A stretch of DNA of 64,000 nucleotides from an uncultured virus (IMG/VR IMGVR_UViG_3300045240_000158) (taxonomy: Duplodnaviria > Heunggongvirae > Uroviricota > Caudoviricetes), in the IMG/VR virus record IMGVR_UViG_3300045240_000158; one strand, written 5' to 3'. The notes under the pieces were generated by a model, which saw only the letters and a program-made list of their open reading frames with translations, did no database searches and had not been told where the DNA came from. A program made the position numbers and the translations under genes. Below are positions 48,417 through 55,877 of this stretch, piece by piece; positions within the stretch are counted from its first letter, which is position 1; every line of letters starts with the position of its first letter.

Positions 48417-49540
48417 GAGTCGTTGGAGGTCTACAAGTGAGTCGGCGCTTCGTGTGCCGCTCCTGCCGGCAGATGCACGTCACGTGGTCTCCGCGCTGCC
48501 CGAGCTGCCTGTCGCTGGAGGGGCTCGTCGCCTCGGTCGAAGCAGGTGCGCCGGAGCCTCCAGGACCGACGGACATTCCGGTCGAAGGACAGTTCGTGTG
48601 CCGCTCGTGCCGGCAGGTGCATTCCATGTGGGCGCCGCGCTGCCCGAGCTGCCTGTCGCTGGAGGGGCTCGTCGTCGCGTCGGAAGCGTCGCTCGAGCAG
48701 CCGACTTCAATGACGGCTTCGACACCTCCGCCGGATCAAGATCTACCGACGCCGCTTCGTCCGCGCCTCGTGATCGCGCGACCGGCCTCTCCAGAGCCCG
48801 AGCTCACCGCGCCGGAAGAGGAGCTGGATGATCTGCTCGATGGCGATGACGCCCCGATCCCGATCACCGAGATCGCCGAGACGTCGTTCGTGCGCAATTC
48901 GACGGGGCTGCCACCGCTCGACTACGTGCTCGGCGGTGGACTGGTGGAGGCGTCGGTCGTCTTGCTCGCTTCTCCAAGAGGGGTTGGGAAAAGCTCACTG
49001 ACGCTCCAGATGCTCGCTGGGCTCGGACATCGGTGCCTCTACGTATCGGGCGAGGAGACGCGCGTGCAGATCGCCGCGACGGCCCGGCGCATTGGGGCCC
49101 TGACGCCGCAGCTCCACGTGCTGGTAGAGCGAAACCTCGCCAAGATCCTCGCGCACGCGCGGAAGATGCGTGCGCAGACGATCGTGATCGATTCGATCCA
49201 GAAGATGACGTGCACTGTCGTTGGCGGTCGCGCCGGTTCGCCGGGACAGCTCAAGGAGTGCACCGCGCAGCTGGTCGACTACGCCAAGCAGAACGCCACC
49301 GCGCTCTGGCTCATCGGGCACGTCACGGGTGATGGCGATATCGCGGGCCCCAAGACGATCGAGCACGACGTCGACGTGGTGCTCGAGCTGTCGCAAGGGA
49401 CGAAGTTTGAGGGTAACGAGCGGGTGATCCGTTGCCTAGACAAGAATCGTTACGGGCCCAGTAACCTGGTGGGGTACTTCGAGATGACCGCCACGGGCCT
49501 CGTCCCCATCGACCTCGATGGGTGGAACGAAGAGCTGTAG
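48413..49540 (+). CDS. radA: RadA/Sms-like ATPase, duplicated Zn finger, lacks Lon-like C-domain
   Basis: CRSC..CPSC twice; LDYVLGGG; GVGKS; YVSGEE; VIDSIQ; IGHVT; AGPKTIEHDVD; KNRYG. Confidence 0.8.
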   Translation: MRVVGGLQVSRRFVCRSCRQMHVTWSPRCPSCLSLEGLVASVEAGAPEPPGPTDIPVEGQFVCRSCRQVHSMWAPRCPSCLSLEGLVVASEASLEQPTSMTASTPPPDQDLPTPLRPRLVIARPASPEPELTAPEEELDDLLDGDDAPIPITEIAETSFVRNSTGLPPLDYVLGGGLVEASVVLLASPRGVGKSSLTLQMLAGLGHRCLYVSGEETRVQIAATARRIGALTPQLHVLVERNLAKILAHARKMRAQTIVIDSIQKMTCTVVGGRAGSPGQLKECTAQLVDYAKQNATALWLIGHVTGDGDIAGPKTIEHDVDVVLELSQGTKFEGNERVIRCLDKNRYGPSNLVGYFEMTATGLVPIDLDGWNEEL

Positions 49541-49572
49541 AGCTGTCAGACCCATGGCGTAGGCTCTTCCAC

Positions 49573-49806
49573 ATGGCGAAGAAGCAATCTCGGCGCTCTG
49601 CCTCTCTGAATCGAAGTGTTTACGAAGCGGCCAAGCAGGAAGCTGCTCGCCGCGGCGTGACCCTCTCGGCGCTCGTCGAGTCCGCGCTGGGCGCGATCGG
49701 TGTCCCGGTCGTCGAGCACGTCCAGCAGACGCCGGATCTGGTGCGTATGGGCGCGGCTCGCCGGGCGGAGAGCGTGGCTGCGCGACAGGCAGGCGCTCTC
49801 GCGTGA
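49573..49806 (+). CDS. ribbon-helix-helix DNA-binding protein
   Basis: SASLNRSVYEAAKQEAARRGVTLSALVE. Confidence 0.6.
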   Translation: MAKKQSRRSASLNRSVYEAAKQEAARRGVTLSALVESALGAIGVPVVEHVQQTPDLVRMGAARRAESVAARQAGALA

Positions 49807-49969
49807 TGACCGAGCAGAAGCGGCACAAGCGCCGGGCACTGATCGTCCGTCGCCAGGCCTTCCGCGACGGGCGCACGCAGCGCGAGAGCAAGCGCTCCGC
49901 TGACCCGGACGACCTTGACGAGATCACCGACGATGAGGGCGCCTTGACGGATCTGTTAGACTAGGGCGC

Positions 49970-50455
49970 ATGAAGGACAAAGCGCACGAGATCGTCTCGG
50001 CCGATGGGTGGATCGGCTTCGACAGCCGCTCGGGGCGTTTACTCGCGGGCGAGGTAACCAAGACCGGCGAGGTCGAGCCGGCCGGCTACGTGATGATCGT
50101 GTCGCGGCCCCAGGTTCCGTTCCGTGGCGAGCGGCTGTTCGTGCACCTGCCGATCGCGTCGTCGTTCGTCATCCACTCACTTCGCGTCGGAACGCGTGAG
50201 ATGACAGCCTCGGCCTGCTCGCCGATCCCCGCCGACGCGTTCGCGACGCGCATGGACGCGATCGCCGAGATGGACGCGATGTTCGCCCGTGACAAGGTGA
50301 TCGAGATCAAGGTCGGCAAGAAGGGCGTCGAGCTGCTCGGATCACCGTGGACGCTGCCGTTGACCCGCGCGGGCGATGACCTGATGATCTCCATCGAGAA
50401 CATCGGGGATCGGCCGCTGCGCTTTCTCGCCGGGATGCTCGGCAAGGTGTCCTAG
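49970..50455 (+). CDS. diverged homologue of the triplicated beta-rich domain
   Basis: SRPQ..F..RL, FVIHSLRVG, IPADAFA, NIG, FLAGMLG align with GRPQ..F..RF, WIVNDIKIG, VPGDLFA, YIG, FFGAMVG. Confidence 0.7.
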   Translation: MKDKAHEIVSADGWIGFDSRSGRLLAGEVTKTGEVEPAGYVMIVSRPQVPFRGERLFVHLPIASSFVIHSLRVGTREMTASACSPIPADAFATRMDAIAEMDAMFARDKVIEIKVGKKGVELLGSPWTLPLTRAGDDLMISIENIGDRPLRFLAGMLGKVS

Positions 50456-50457
50456 CC

Positions 50458-50928
50458 GTGACGACGCCGCCGTGGACCGTCGCTGCGCAGAACGAGGTCG
50501 CTCCGCGGCTCTTCGTCGGCAGCAAGCCCCCGGCCGGCCGACACGCTTGCGTCGACGCGATCGTCCTCGCCGCGATCGAGTACCAGCCGCCAGTCAACCT
50601 GTTCCCGGGCGTCGAAGTGATCTATGCCCCGCTCGATGACGACCCGAGCCGGCCGATGCGCGAGGATGAGATCGCGATCGCGACGAAAGCAGCCGGCCGC
50701 GTCGCTCGTCGCCTGCACGCGGGCAAACGCGTGCTCGTGACGTGCGCGGCAGGTTTGAACCGATCGGCACTCATCGCGGCGATCGCGATGCACGACGTCT
50801 TCGGCATGGGAGCGGATGAGATCGTCGCCCGGATCCGCCGCGCGCGCGGTGAGTGGGCGTTGTCGAATCCGAACTTCGAGAGGCTCGTTCGCGTCGTGGT
50901 CGAAGTGACAGCCCTGCGCACGGACTAG
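50458..50928 (+). CDS. dual-specificity/tyrosine phosphatase
   Basis: RLFVGS, PLDDD, VLVTCAAGLNRS (CX5R), NPNF. Confidence 0.85.
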   Translation: MTTPPWTVAAQNEVAPRLFVGSKPPAGRHACVDAIVLAAIEYQPPVNLFPGVEVIYAPLDDDPSRPMREDEIAIATKAAGRVARRLHAGKRVLVTCAAGLNRSALIAAIAMHDVFGMGADEIVARIRRARGEWALSNPNFERLVRVVVEVTALRTD

Positions 50929-50931
50929 TCT

Positions 50932-51441
50932 ATGATGGCGTCTATGCGCATCCAGGTCGCCCAGGTTGCCCGGCGTATCTTGTCTCAGCGCCGCGACGCT
51001 TTTCTGCACGATATGTCACTGCCTGGGCCGGTAAGAGGAATGATCAGTGTGCACCTCGATGGAGGATGGATCCCGAACTTCTGGACTCTCGCGATCCGCG
51101 CACCGAAGCTTTCTCCTTCGTCGACGTCTGGTCAGCGCGCGCCTTCAGCCATACGCGGATACTTCGACTTTCCGATCGGTCTCGCCGAGGACGGAACCTC
51201 GTGGTTCTTTCCGTCGCGCCAGTGGTGGATCGCGCACGCGCACGCGAGTCATCCGCCCGACGGCACCGGCTGTGAAGCTGACGTGCACACGAAGTTCCTG
51301 TCGAGTGAAGGAGACGTGCACGAGTTTGACTACGCGACGGTCTTCCAGGACGGGACGCTCAAGATCCTGGGGCGCGCCGACTTCGTCCAGGAGTGCTTCT
51401 TTTGGCAACACGCGTTCGGCACGCCCGAGGCGCAGCCATGA
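50932..51441 (+). CDS. hypothetical protein
   Basis: ORF 3 nt after the previous stop. Confidence 0.55.
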   Translation: MMASMRIQVAQVARRILSQRRDAFLHDMSLPGPVRGMISVHLDGGWIPNFWTLAIRAPKLSPSSTSGQRAPSAIRGYFDFPIGLAEDGTSWFFPSRQWWIAHAHASHPPDGTGCEADVHTKFLSSEGDVHEFDYATVFQDGTLKILGRADFVQECFFWQHAFGTPEAQP

Positions 51442-51471
51442 CGCGCGACGAGGCCCTAACCGGATTCGACG

Positions 51472-51888
51472 CTACGTCTCGTCGGGGGGTTCTGGGAGGG
51501 GCCTGTCGACCGGCGTGACTTCCTCGTCGGGCGCCTCGGTCATCTTCGGTAGGACATCGCGCGTCGACGTGCGGGGAAGCTCTTCGAGCGGTACGCGGAC
51601 CAGCGGCAACATCTCGCCGGTCGCGATCCGCGGCGGCGTGACGTCGTCGTCGTCTTGGAACGGGGGCGTCACCATGTGCAGCACGCGTCTGGGATGATCG
51701 GGGACGTCGACGACGACGAACAGGTCGCGTCCGGTGCCTGGTCGCAGGCCGGGAAGGCTCCCCAGACGACGCATGTCGTCGATCGCCTCCCAGATCTCGG
51801 CTAGGCCGTCGATCTCGATCGTGGTCTCGGTCGCCGCCAAGAATTTGCCGGTAGGCCGAAAGTAGAGCAGCTGGATCTTGTACGCCAC
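51472..51888 (-). CDS. hypothetical protein
   Basis: GTG start; LLYFRPTGKF; acidic tail. Confidence 0.6.
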   Translation of the reverse strand: MAYKIQLLYFRPTGKFLAATETTIEIDGLAEIWEAIDDMRRLGSLPGLRPGTGRDLFVVVDVPDHPRRVLHMVTPPFQDDDDVTPPRIATGEMLPLVRVPLEELPRTSTRDVLPKMTEAPDEEVTPVDRPLPEPPDET

Positions 51889-51968
51889 GTCGTCGACGAC
51901 ACTACCGCAGTGCACGCGCGGGGGCGCCTTTTCGGCCGAGCATGCGTTGTCAGCGTCTCGTGATAGAA

Positions 51969-52520
51969 ATGCTTTTCGTGACCCAGGTCTCCCGCGTCTA
52001 TGCCTCATTCGCCGAGTTCGATCGTGCAGAGCGACGGCGCCTGGGGCAGCCCGAGTCCGAGCCAGCGCAGCTGACCGTGTCCGAGCTGGTCCCAGACGTC
52101 GAGGCTCGCGCCGGGCGTGCCGCAGTCTCCCACGCGCTATCTCGCGTCACGCTCGCGACTCTGCGCGCGGAAGGTGTCCTCGAGATCGGTCGCGCGGCGG
52201 GGACGAGTGTCTTGTTCGTGCGAACGCGCGTGAAGATCCACCTGCTCCACGTAACAGCTCTGCCGGATCGCGAGCTCGACGACTATGCGGTGCAGCTGGC
52301 CGTGACCTGGATCGATGAGCACGGGCTACCAGGTCACGCGGTCGCGCGGAATCTCGGCGTCGGCGAAGAGACGCTCAGGAAGGCGCTCGCGCGAGCGGGT
52401 TACGAGCGGGCTCTCGCGTGGCGGTACACACCACGCGCGTCACGCGGTCGTGGAGGGCGCGGAAACAGGAGCGGTGGACGACTCAAGCGCGTGCGTGATG
52501 TGGCGTTGCAAACACCGTGA
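51969..52520 (+). CDS. putative HTH DNA-binding protein
   Basis: VARNLGVGEETLRKALARAGY. Confidence 0.55.
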   Translation: MLFVTQVSRVYASFAEFDRAERRRLGQPESEPAQLTVSELVPDVEARAGRAAVSHALSRVTLATLRAEGVLEIGRAAGTSVLFVRTRVKIHLLHVTALPDRELDDYAVQLAVTWIDEHGLPGHAVARNLGVGEETLRKALARAGYERALAWRYTPRASRGRGGRGNRSGGRLKRVRDVALQTP

Positions 52521-52529
52521 GGTGAACGA

Positions 52530-52883
52530 ATGACGATCGATGACTTACTCAACGAGGAGCCTGACGGGCCAGAACCTGTCGCGCCTCCTTGGCACGTCCA
52601 TTCCAACGCGTGCCTGCACGGCTGGATCATTGGAGGCACCGAGTGGGGCACATGCGACTGCGAAGACCCGGCGAATCCGTGGCCTCCGCGCGTTCCTGGC
52701 GATGGCCCGATAGACTGCCAGTGCTACGCCTGCGAAGGCCACAAGCCGCGGTGGGAGCGCGGCAAGCTCGCAGGGTGCGAGTACAAAGATCACCACTGCG
52801 AGGACTGCCACGCGCATCGACGCTGCACGATCCCGGAGTGCGGCTTCGCGAGTTCATTGACAAGCGCGCCCTCGTCGCGCTAG
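52530..52883 (+). CDS. Cys/His-rich hypothetical protein
   Basis: GAGG RBS; multiple CxC and CxxC motifs. Confidence 0.6.
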   Translation: MTIDDLLNEEPDGPEPVAPPWHVHSNACLHGWIIGGTEWGTCDCEDPANPWPPRVPGDGPIDCQCYACEGHKPRWERGKLAGCEYKDHHCEDCHAHRRCTIPECGFASSLTSAPSSR

Positions 52884-52886
52884 CCT
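52857..52886 (+). promoter_or_regulatory. sigma70-type promoter for the tRNA array
   Basis: TTGACA (52857-62)-N18-TAGCCT (52881-86). Confidence 0.65.
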
Positions 52887-52902
52887 TCCTCTTGTAGAGC
52901 CC

Positions 52903-53076
52903 ATGTCGATCTCGCGCGTATCCACGACAGTCACCAGGCGCCAAGGCGTCGTGGGACACGTGTGCGCGCGTCACGATTGGACCTGCCAGGCGAACTTCGT
53001 CGGCCAGGGGACCGTCGTGGGTATCAAGCGCGAGCCGCAGCCCACGACCTACGAAGGGAAGGCTCCAGACGCATAG
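52903..53076 (+). CDS. putative 57-aa leader (attenuator) peptide
   Basis: ATG..TAG just downstream of the promoter; codon-diverse, no Leu; 3' end complementary to the terminator 5' arm. Confidence 0.6.
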   Translation: MSISRVSTTVTRRQGVVGHVCARHDWTCQANFVGQGTVVGIKREPQPTTYEGKAPDA

Positions 53077-53104
53077 AACAGGCTGAAACAGCCGAAGCGA
53101 TCTG

Positions 53105-53147
53105 GAGCCGCCCTGGAGAAAACCCTCCTCGGCGGCTTTCTCGTTTT
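53105..53147 (+). terminator. intrinsic terminator/attenuator before the first tRNA
   Basis: GAGCCGCC/GGCGGCTT stem with inner GGAG/CTCC, then TCTCGTTTT. Confidence 0.65.
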
Positions 53148-53148
53148 C

Positions 53149-53234
53149 GGGCGCGCAGTCCGGCGTGGCTCCGGGCGTGGCTGTAACCCACGCGTGCTTT
53201 GCGCACCGTCTCGGTTCGATTCCGAGCGCGCCCA
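53149..53234 (+). tRNA. tRNA-Tyr(GTA), atypical D-arm
   Basis: Acceptor GGGCGCG/CGCGCCC; loop ctGTAac; variable arm; TTCGA. Confidence 0.75.
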
Positions 53235-53288
53235 CGAAAGGAAAGTGATGACGAAGAAGCTCAAACGCTCGACCACGAAACCCATCCT

Positions 53289-53360
53289 GGGCTCGTGGCG
53301 TAACGGCAGCGCACGCGGCTTTTAACCGCTGAGGTGGGGGTTCAAATCCCTCCGGGCTCA
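53289..53360 (+). tRNA. tRNA-Lys(TTT)
   Basis: Cloverleaf; ctTTTaa. Confidence 0.85.
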
Positions 53361-53369
53361 CGAAATCGA

Positions 53370-53440
53370 TCAGGGGTCGTCTAATGGTAGGACGCGAGAT
53401 TCTGGATCTCGCTATATGGGTTCGATTCCTATCCCCTGAA
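53370..53440 (+). tRNA. tRNA-Gln(CTG)
   Basis: Cloverleaf; ttCTGga. Confidence 0.9.
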
Positions 53441-53588
53441 CCGCGGCCGACTGCATCGCGCGTGAATCGACGGTCCCCCGAGCAACAGCGCTCACAGTGG
53501 GATGACAGCGACACGGCGAGACGGGGCAGATGACAACTGAATAGTTGACGACGATGACGCGAGCGCGGCATGTAGCGCGCTCGCAAGC

Positions 53589-53661
53589 GCCACTCTTGCG
53601 TAGATGGTCTGCGCGCTCGGCTGAAGCCCGGGAGGTTCTGGTTCGATTCCAGAGGGTGGCA
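53589..53661 (+). tRNA. tRNA-Phe(GAA)
   Basis: Cloverleaf; ctGAAgc. Confidence 0.85.
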
Positions 53662-53698
53662 CGTTGTCAGAGGCAGCTGACATGATGAGCATGTCGCC

Positions 53699-54181
53699 AT
53701 GCAGCGCACGTGCGAAACTTGCCAGGATACGTTCGAGGCCAAACCGTGCAAGGTTGCACAGGGCAAAGGAAGATTTTGCTCGATGAAGTGCTTTGGAAAA
53801 AGCCAACTTCAAGGGCAGTGGGTCCGCTGTCACGTATGCCCAAAGAAGATTTGGCGATCCCCGTGGCAATTTCGTCACTCGAAGACTAAGACTTTCTTCT
53901 GTGGCCCGAAGTGCCGTAGTCAGTGGAATGAAAAAGTAATGCCTGCCGGTGAGCAGCATCATCTTTGGAAAGGAGGCTATCGTTCTTATAGACGACGGGC
54001 TATTAAGCATTATGGCGCGCGATGTTCAAACCTGGCTTGTCCGATTCCGAGGTCGCGGATGTCTACAAAGATGCTTGATGTAGATCACATCGACGGAAAT
54101 CGCCAAAACAACCGTCTAAAAAATCTTCGCGTTTTGTGCGTTTGGTGTCATGCCGAATGCACACGAGCCTCTTGGAAATAG
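53699..54181 (+). CDS. HNH homing-type endonuclease with CxxC...FC zinc repeats
   Basis: LDVDHIDGNRQNNRLKNLRVLCVWCH; AT-richer than flanks. Confidence 0.85.
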   Translation: MQRTCETCQDTFEAKPCKVAQGKGRFCSMKCFGKSQLQGQWVRCHVCPKKIWRSPWQFRHSKTKTFFCGPKCRSQWNEKVMPAGEQHHLWKGGYRSYRRRAIKHYGARCSNLACPIPRSRMSTKMLDVDHIDGNRQNNRLKNLRVLCVWCHAECTRASWK

Positions 54182-54224
54182 TCTTTCGCCTTTCGCGTTT
54201 GGTTTTTGTTCGTTAGGTGCCTTC

Positions 54225-54354
54225 GCCGGAAAAGCCACGTGGTGTGGCACTTCTCTATCAAAGAAGCAAATTCCCAGCTTCGATAACTCGTCGCGCACGC
54301 GCGACATCCTTCGATGCTCACAAGCAAAGGTCGGTTCGACTCCGACTTCCGGCG
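54225..54354 (+). ncRNA. tRNA-Asp(ATC)-like RNA with 58-nt variable-region insertion
   Basis: Acceptor GCCGGAA/TTCCGGC, G73; D-arm; CTTCT-ctATCaa-AGAAG; T-arm GTCGG-TTCGACT-CCGAC. Confidence 0.75.
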
Positions 54355-54386
54355 CGATGAAGGACTGCATTCCTTCAGATTTTTCT

Positions 54387-54519
54387 GGGCGAAGATGCTC
54401 CACGGTGGGGCACTTGACTATGGATCAAGCAAACAACCGACAACAACACTCGCCTCGCTCGCGTGGCATCCGTTGCGTGTCTACAAGCAAAGTCGGTTCG
54501 ACTCCGGCCTTCGCCCCCA
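54387..54519 (+). ncRNA. tRNA-His(ATG)-like RNA with 58-nt variable-region insertion
   Basis: G-1:C73, encoded CCA; CTTGA-ctATGga-TCAAG; T-arm GTCGG-TTCGACT-CCGGC. Confidence 0.75.
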
Positions 54520-54530
54520 ATTATCTAATC

Positions 54531-54602
54531 GTCTCCGTAGCTCTAATGTAGAGCAGCCGGTTCTTACCCGGACGCGTGTTGGTTCAAGTCCAACCGGGGG
54601 CA
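54531..54602 (+). tRNA. tRNA-Lys(CTT)
   Basis: Cloverleaf; ttCTTac. Confidence 0.75.
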
Positions 54603-54611
54603 CTGCATGAT

Positions 54612-54683
54612 CGAGGTGTGCGCCTAACGGTAAGGGACGTGGTTTGGGACCATGGGATGCAGGTTCGACTCCTGTCACCTCGA
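54612..54683 (+). tRNA. tRNA-Pro(TGG)
   Basis: Cloverleaf; ttTGGga. Confidence 0.85.
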
Positions 54684-54780
54684 CGAAATGCAGTGGCGCC
54701 CCGAGCGTCCTGCCCGGCGCTCAGCCGGCGAACGATGAAGCACGGCTCTCAGGCCGTCGCCGAGCTGACTCGGGAGATCT

Positions 54781-54852
54781 GCGGGTGAGGCGGCTTGGTG
54801 CCGCGCCAGCTTGCCAAGCTGGTTTAGGTGGGATCGTTCCCCACCATCCGCT
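54781..54852 (+). tRNA. tRNA-Gly(GCC)
   Basis: ttGCCaa; U73; variant T-loop. Confidence 0.8.
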
Positions 54853-54857
54853 CGACT

Positions 54858-54929
54858 GCTGCTGTAGCATAAGGGTAATGCAGCCGCCTCGTAAGCGGCA
54901 GACTGTCGGTTCAATTCCGACCAGCAGCT
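54858..54929 (+). tRNA. tRNA-Thr(CGT)
   Basis: Cloverleaf; ctCGTaa. Confidence 0.9.
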
Positions 54930-54936
54930 CGACGAC

Positions 54937-55012
54937 GCTACTGTAGCTCAGCTGGCAGAGCGCCTGATTTGTAATCAGGATGTCCCGAGTTCAATTCTCG
55001 GCGGTAGCTCCA
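54937..55012 (+). tRNA. tRNA-Thr(TGT)
   Basis: Cloverleaf; ttTGTaa; encoded CCA. Confidence 0.92.
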
Positions 55013-55022
55013 AGATCGTTAT

Positions 55023-55103
55023 TCCGAGGTAGCCTAGTGGCAAGGCACGCGGCTGTTAACCGCGCGTGGAAACACATCGCAGGTTCGATCCCTGCCCTCG
55101 GAG
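55023..55103 (+). tRNA. tRNA-Asn(GTT) with long variable arm
   Basis: ctGTTaa; extra GTG-GAAA-CAC hairpin. Confidence 0.85.
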
Positions 55104-55112
55104 CTGCTTCAA

Positions 55113-55184
55113 GCGAACGCGGTGTGATGGTCGCATGCGGGCCTTCCAAGCCCTGCGGTGAGGGTTCGAGTCCCTTCGTTCGCT
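55113..55184 (+). tRNA. tRNA-Gly(TCC)
   Basis: ctTCCaa; U73. Confidence 0.85.
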
Positions 55185-55191
55185 CGATGAT

Positions 55192-55263
55192 GCGCGCGTA
55201 GTTCAGCAGCAGAACGCTCGCTCGACACGCGAGAGGCCGCAGGTGCGATCCCTGCCGCGCGCA
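55192..55263 (+). tRNA. tRNA-Val(GAC)
   Basis: tcGACac (C33). Confidence 0.8.
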
Positions 55264-55326
55264 CGAAGGCTCGTGACTGGGTGGAACACCACCGCAGCGT
55301 TTGGACCTTTCACGAGCCATCAACAT

Positions 55327-55400
55327 GTCGCTCTCGTCCAGTGGCCTAGGACGCTCGCCTCTCAAGCGGGAAACGTCGGGTTCGACTCCCACGAGCGACG
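55327..55400 (+). tRNA. tRNA-Glu(CTC)
   Basis: ctCTCaa. Confidence 0.88.
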
Positions 55401-55408
55401 CTCTCTTT

Positions 55409-55481
55409 GACTCCGTCTTCTAATGGATCAGGATCTGAGATTACGAATCTCAGGATGGTGGTTCGAGTCCACCCGGAGTCA
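55409..55481 (+). tRNA. tRNA-Arg(ACG)
   Basis: ttACGaa. Confidence 0.88.
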
Positions 55482-55556
55482 CTAGCGGCTCTCGTGCACG
55501 TGGGCGGCTCGCGATGGTCACCGTTGCGATGACCGGTGCGCGCGGGCCCTGTTTCT

Positions 55557-55626
55557 AGGGCGCGCGAGATGGTCTCGGCATGGTCTCCAAAGCCGTTGCG
55601 ATCGGGTTCAATTCCTGAGCGTCCTG
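55557..55626 (+). tRNA. tRNA-Trp(CCA), short D-arm
   Basis: ctCCAaa; G73. Confidence 0.75.
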
Positions 55627-55630
55627 CTTA

Positions 55631-55707
55631 CGTGGTCTTGGCCTCGCGGATGACGAACGCGGGGAGGTAGCCAAAGAGGAAACGGGTGCAAGTCCCGTAG
55701 ACCACGC
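55631..55707 (+). ncRNA. tRNA-like element (acceptor + T-arm, no normal D/anticodon arms)
   Basis: CGTGGTCT/AGACCACG; ACGGG-TGCAAGT-CCCGT. Confidence 0.5.
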
Positions 55708-55710
55708 CTT

Positions 55711-55782
55711 CGCAGCGACCAGTGGATCTGGACGACGGCTTCATAAGCCGTGCGGGGTACGGTTCGAGTCCGTCCGTTGCGA
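55711..55782 (+). tRNA. tRNA-Met/Ile2(CAT)
   Basis: ttCATaa; atypical D-arm. Confidence 0.75.
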
Positions 55783-55794
55783 CGATACGATTAA

Positions 55795-55866
55795 CGGGGT
55801 GTAGCGAAGCGGTATCGCGCTGCGTTCGGGACGCAGAGATCGTGAGTTCGATCCTCACCACCCCGA
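55795..55866 (+). tRNA. tRNA-Pro(CGG)
   Basis: ttCGGga. Confidence 0.9.
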
Positions 55867-55877
55867 CGATGTTTTAT

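Noticed and set aside
54225..54519. tmRNA or group I intron-containing tRNAs
   Set aside because: Too short, intact anticodon arms, no G3:U70 Ala identity or tag ORF, and the insert is not in the anticodon loop.
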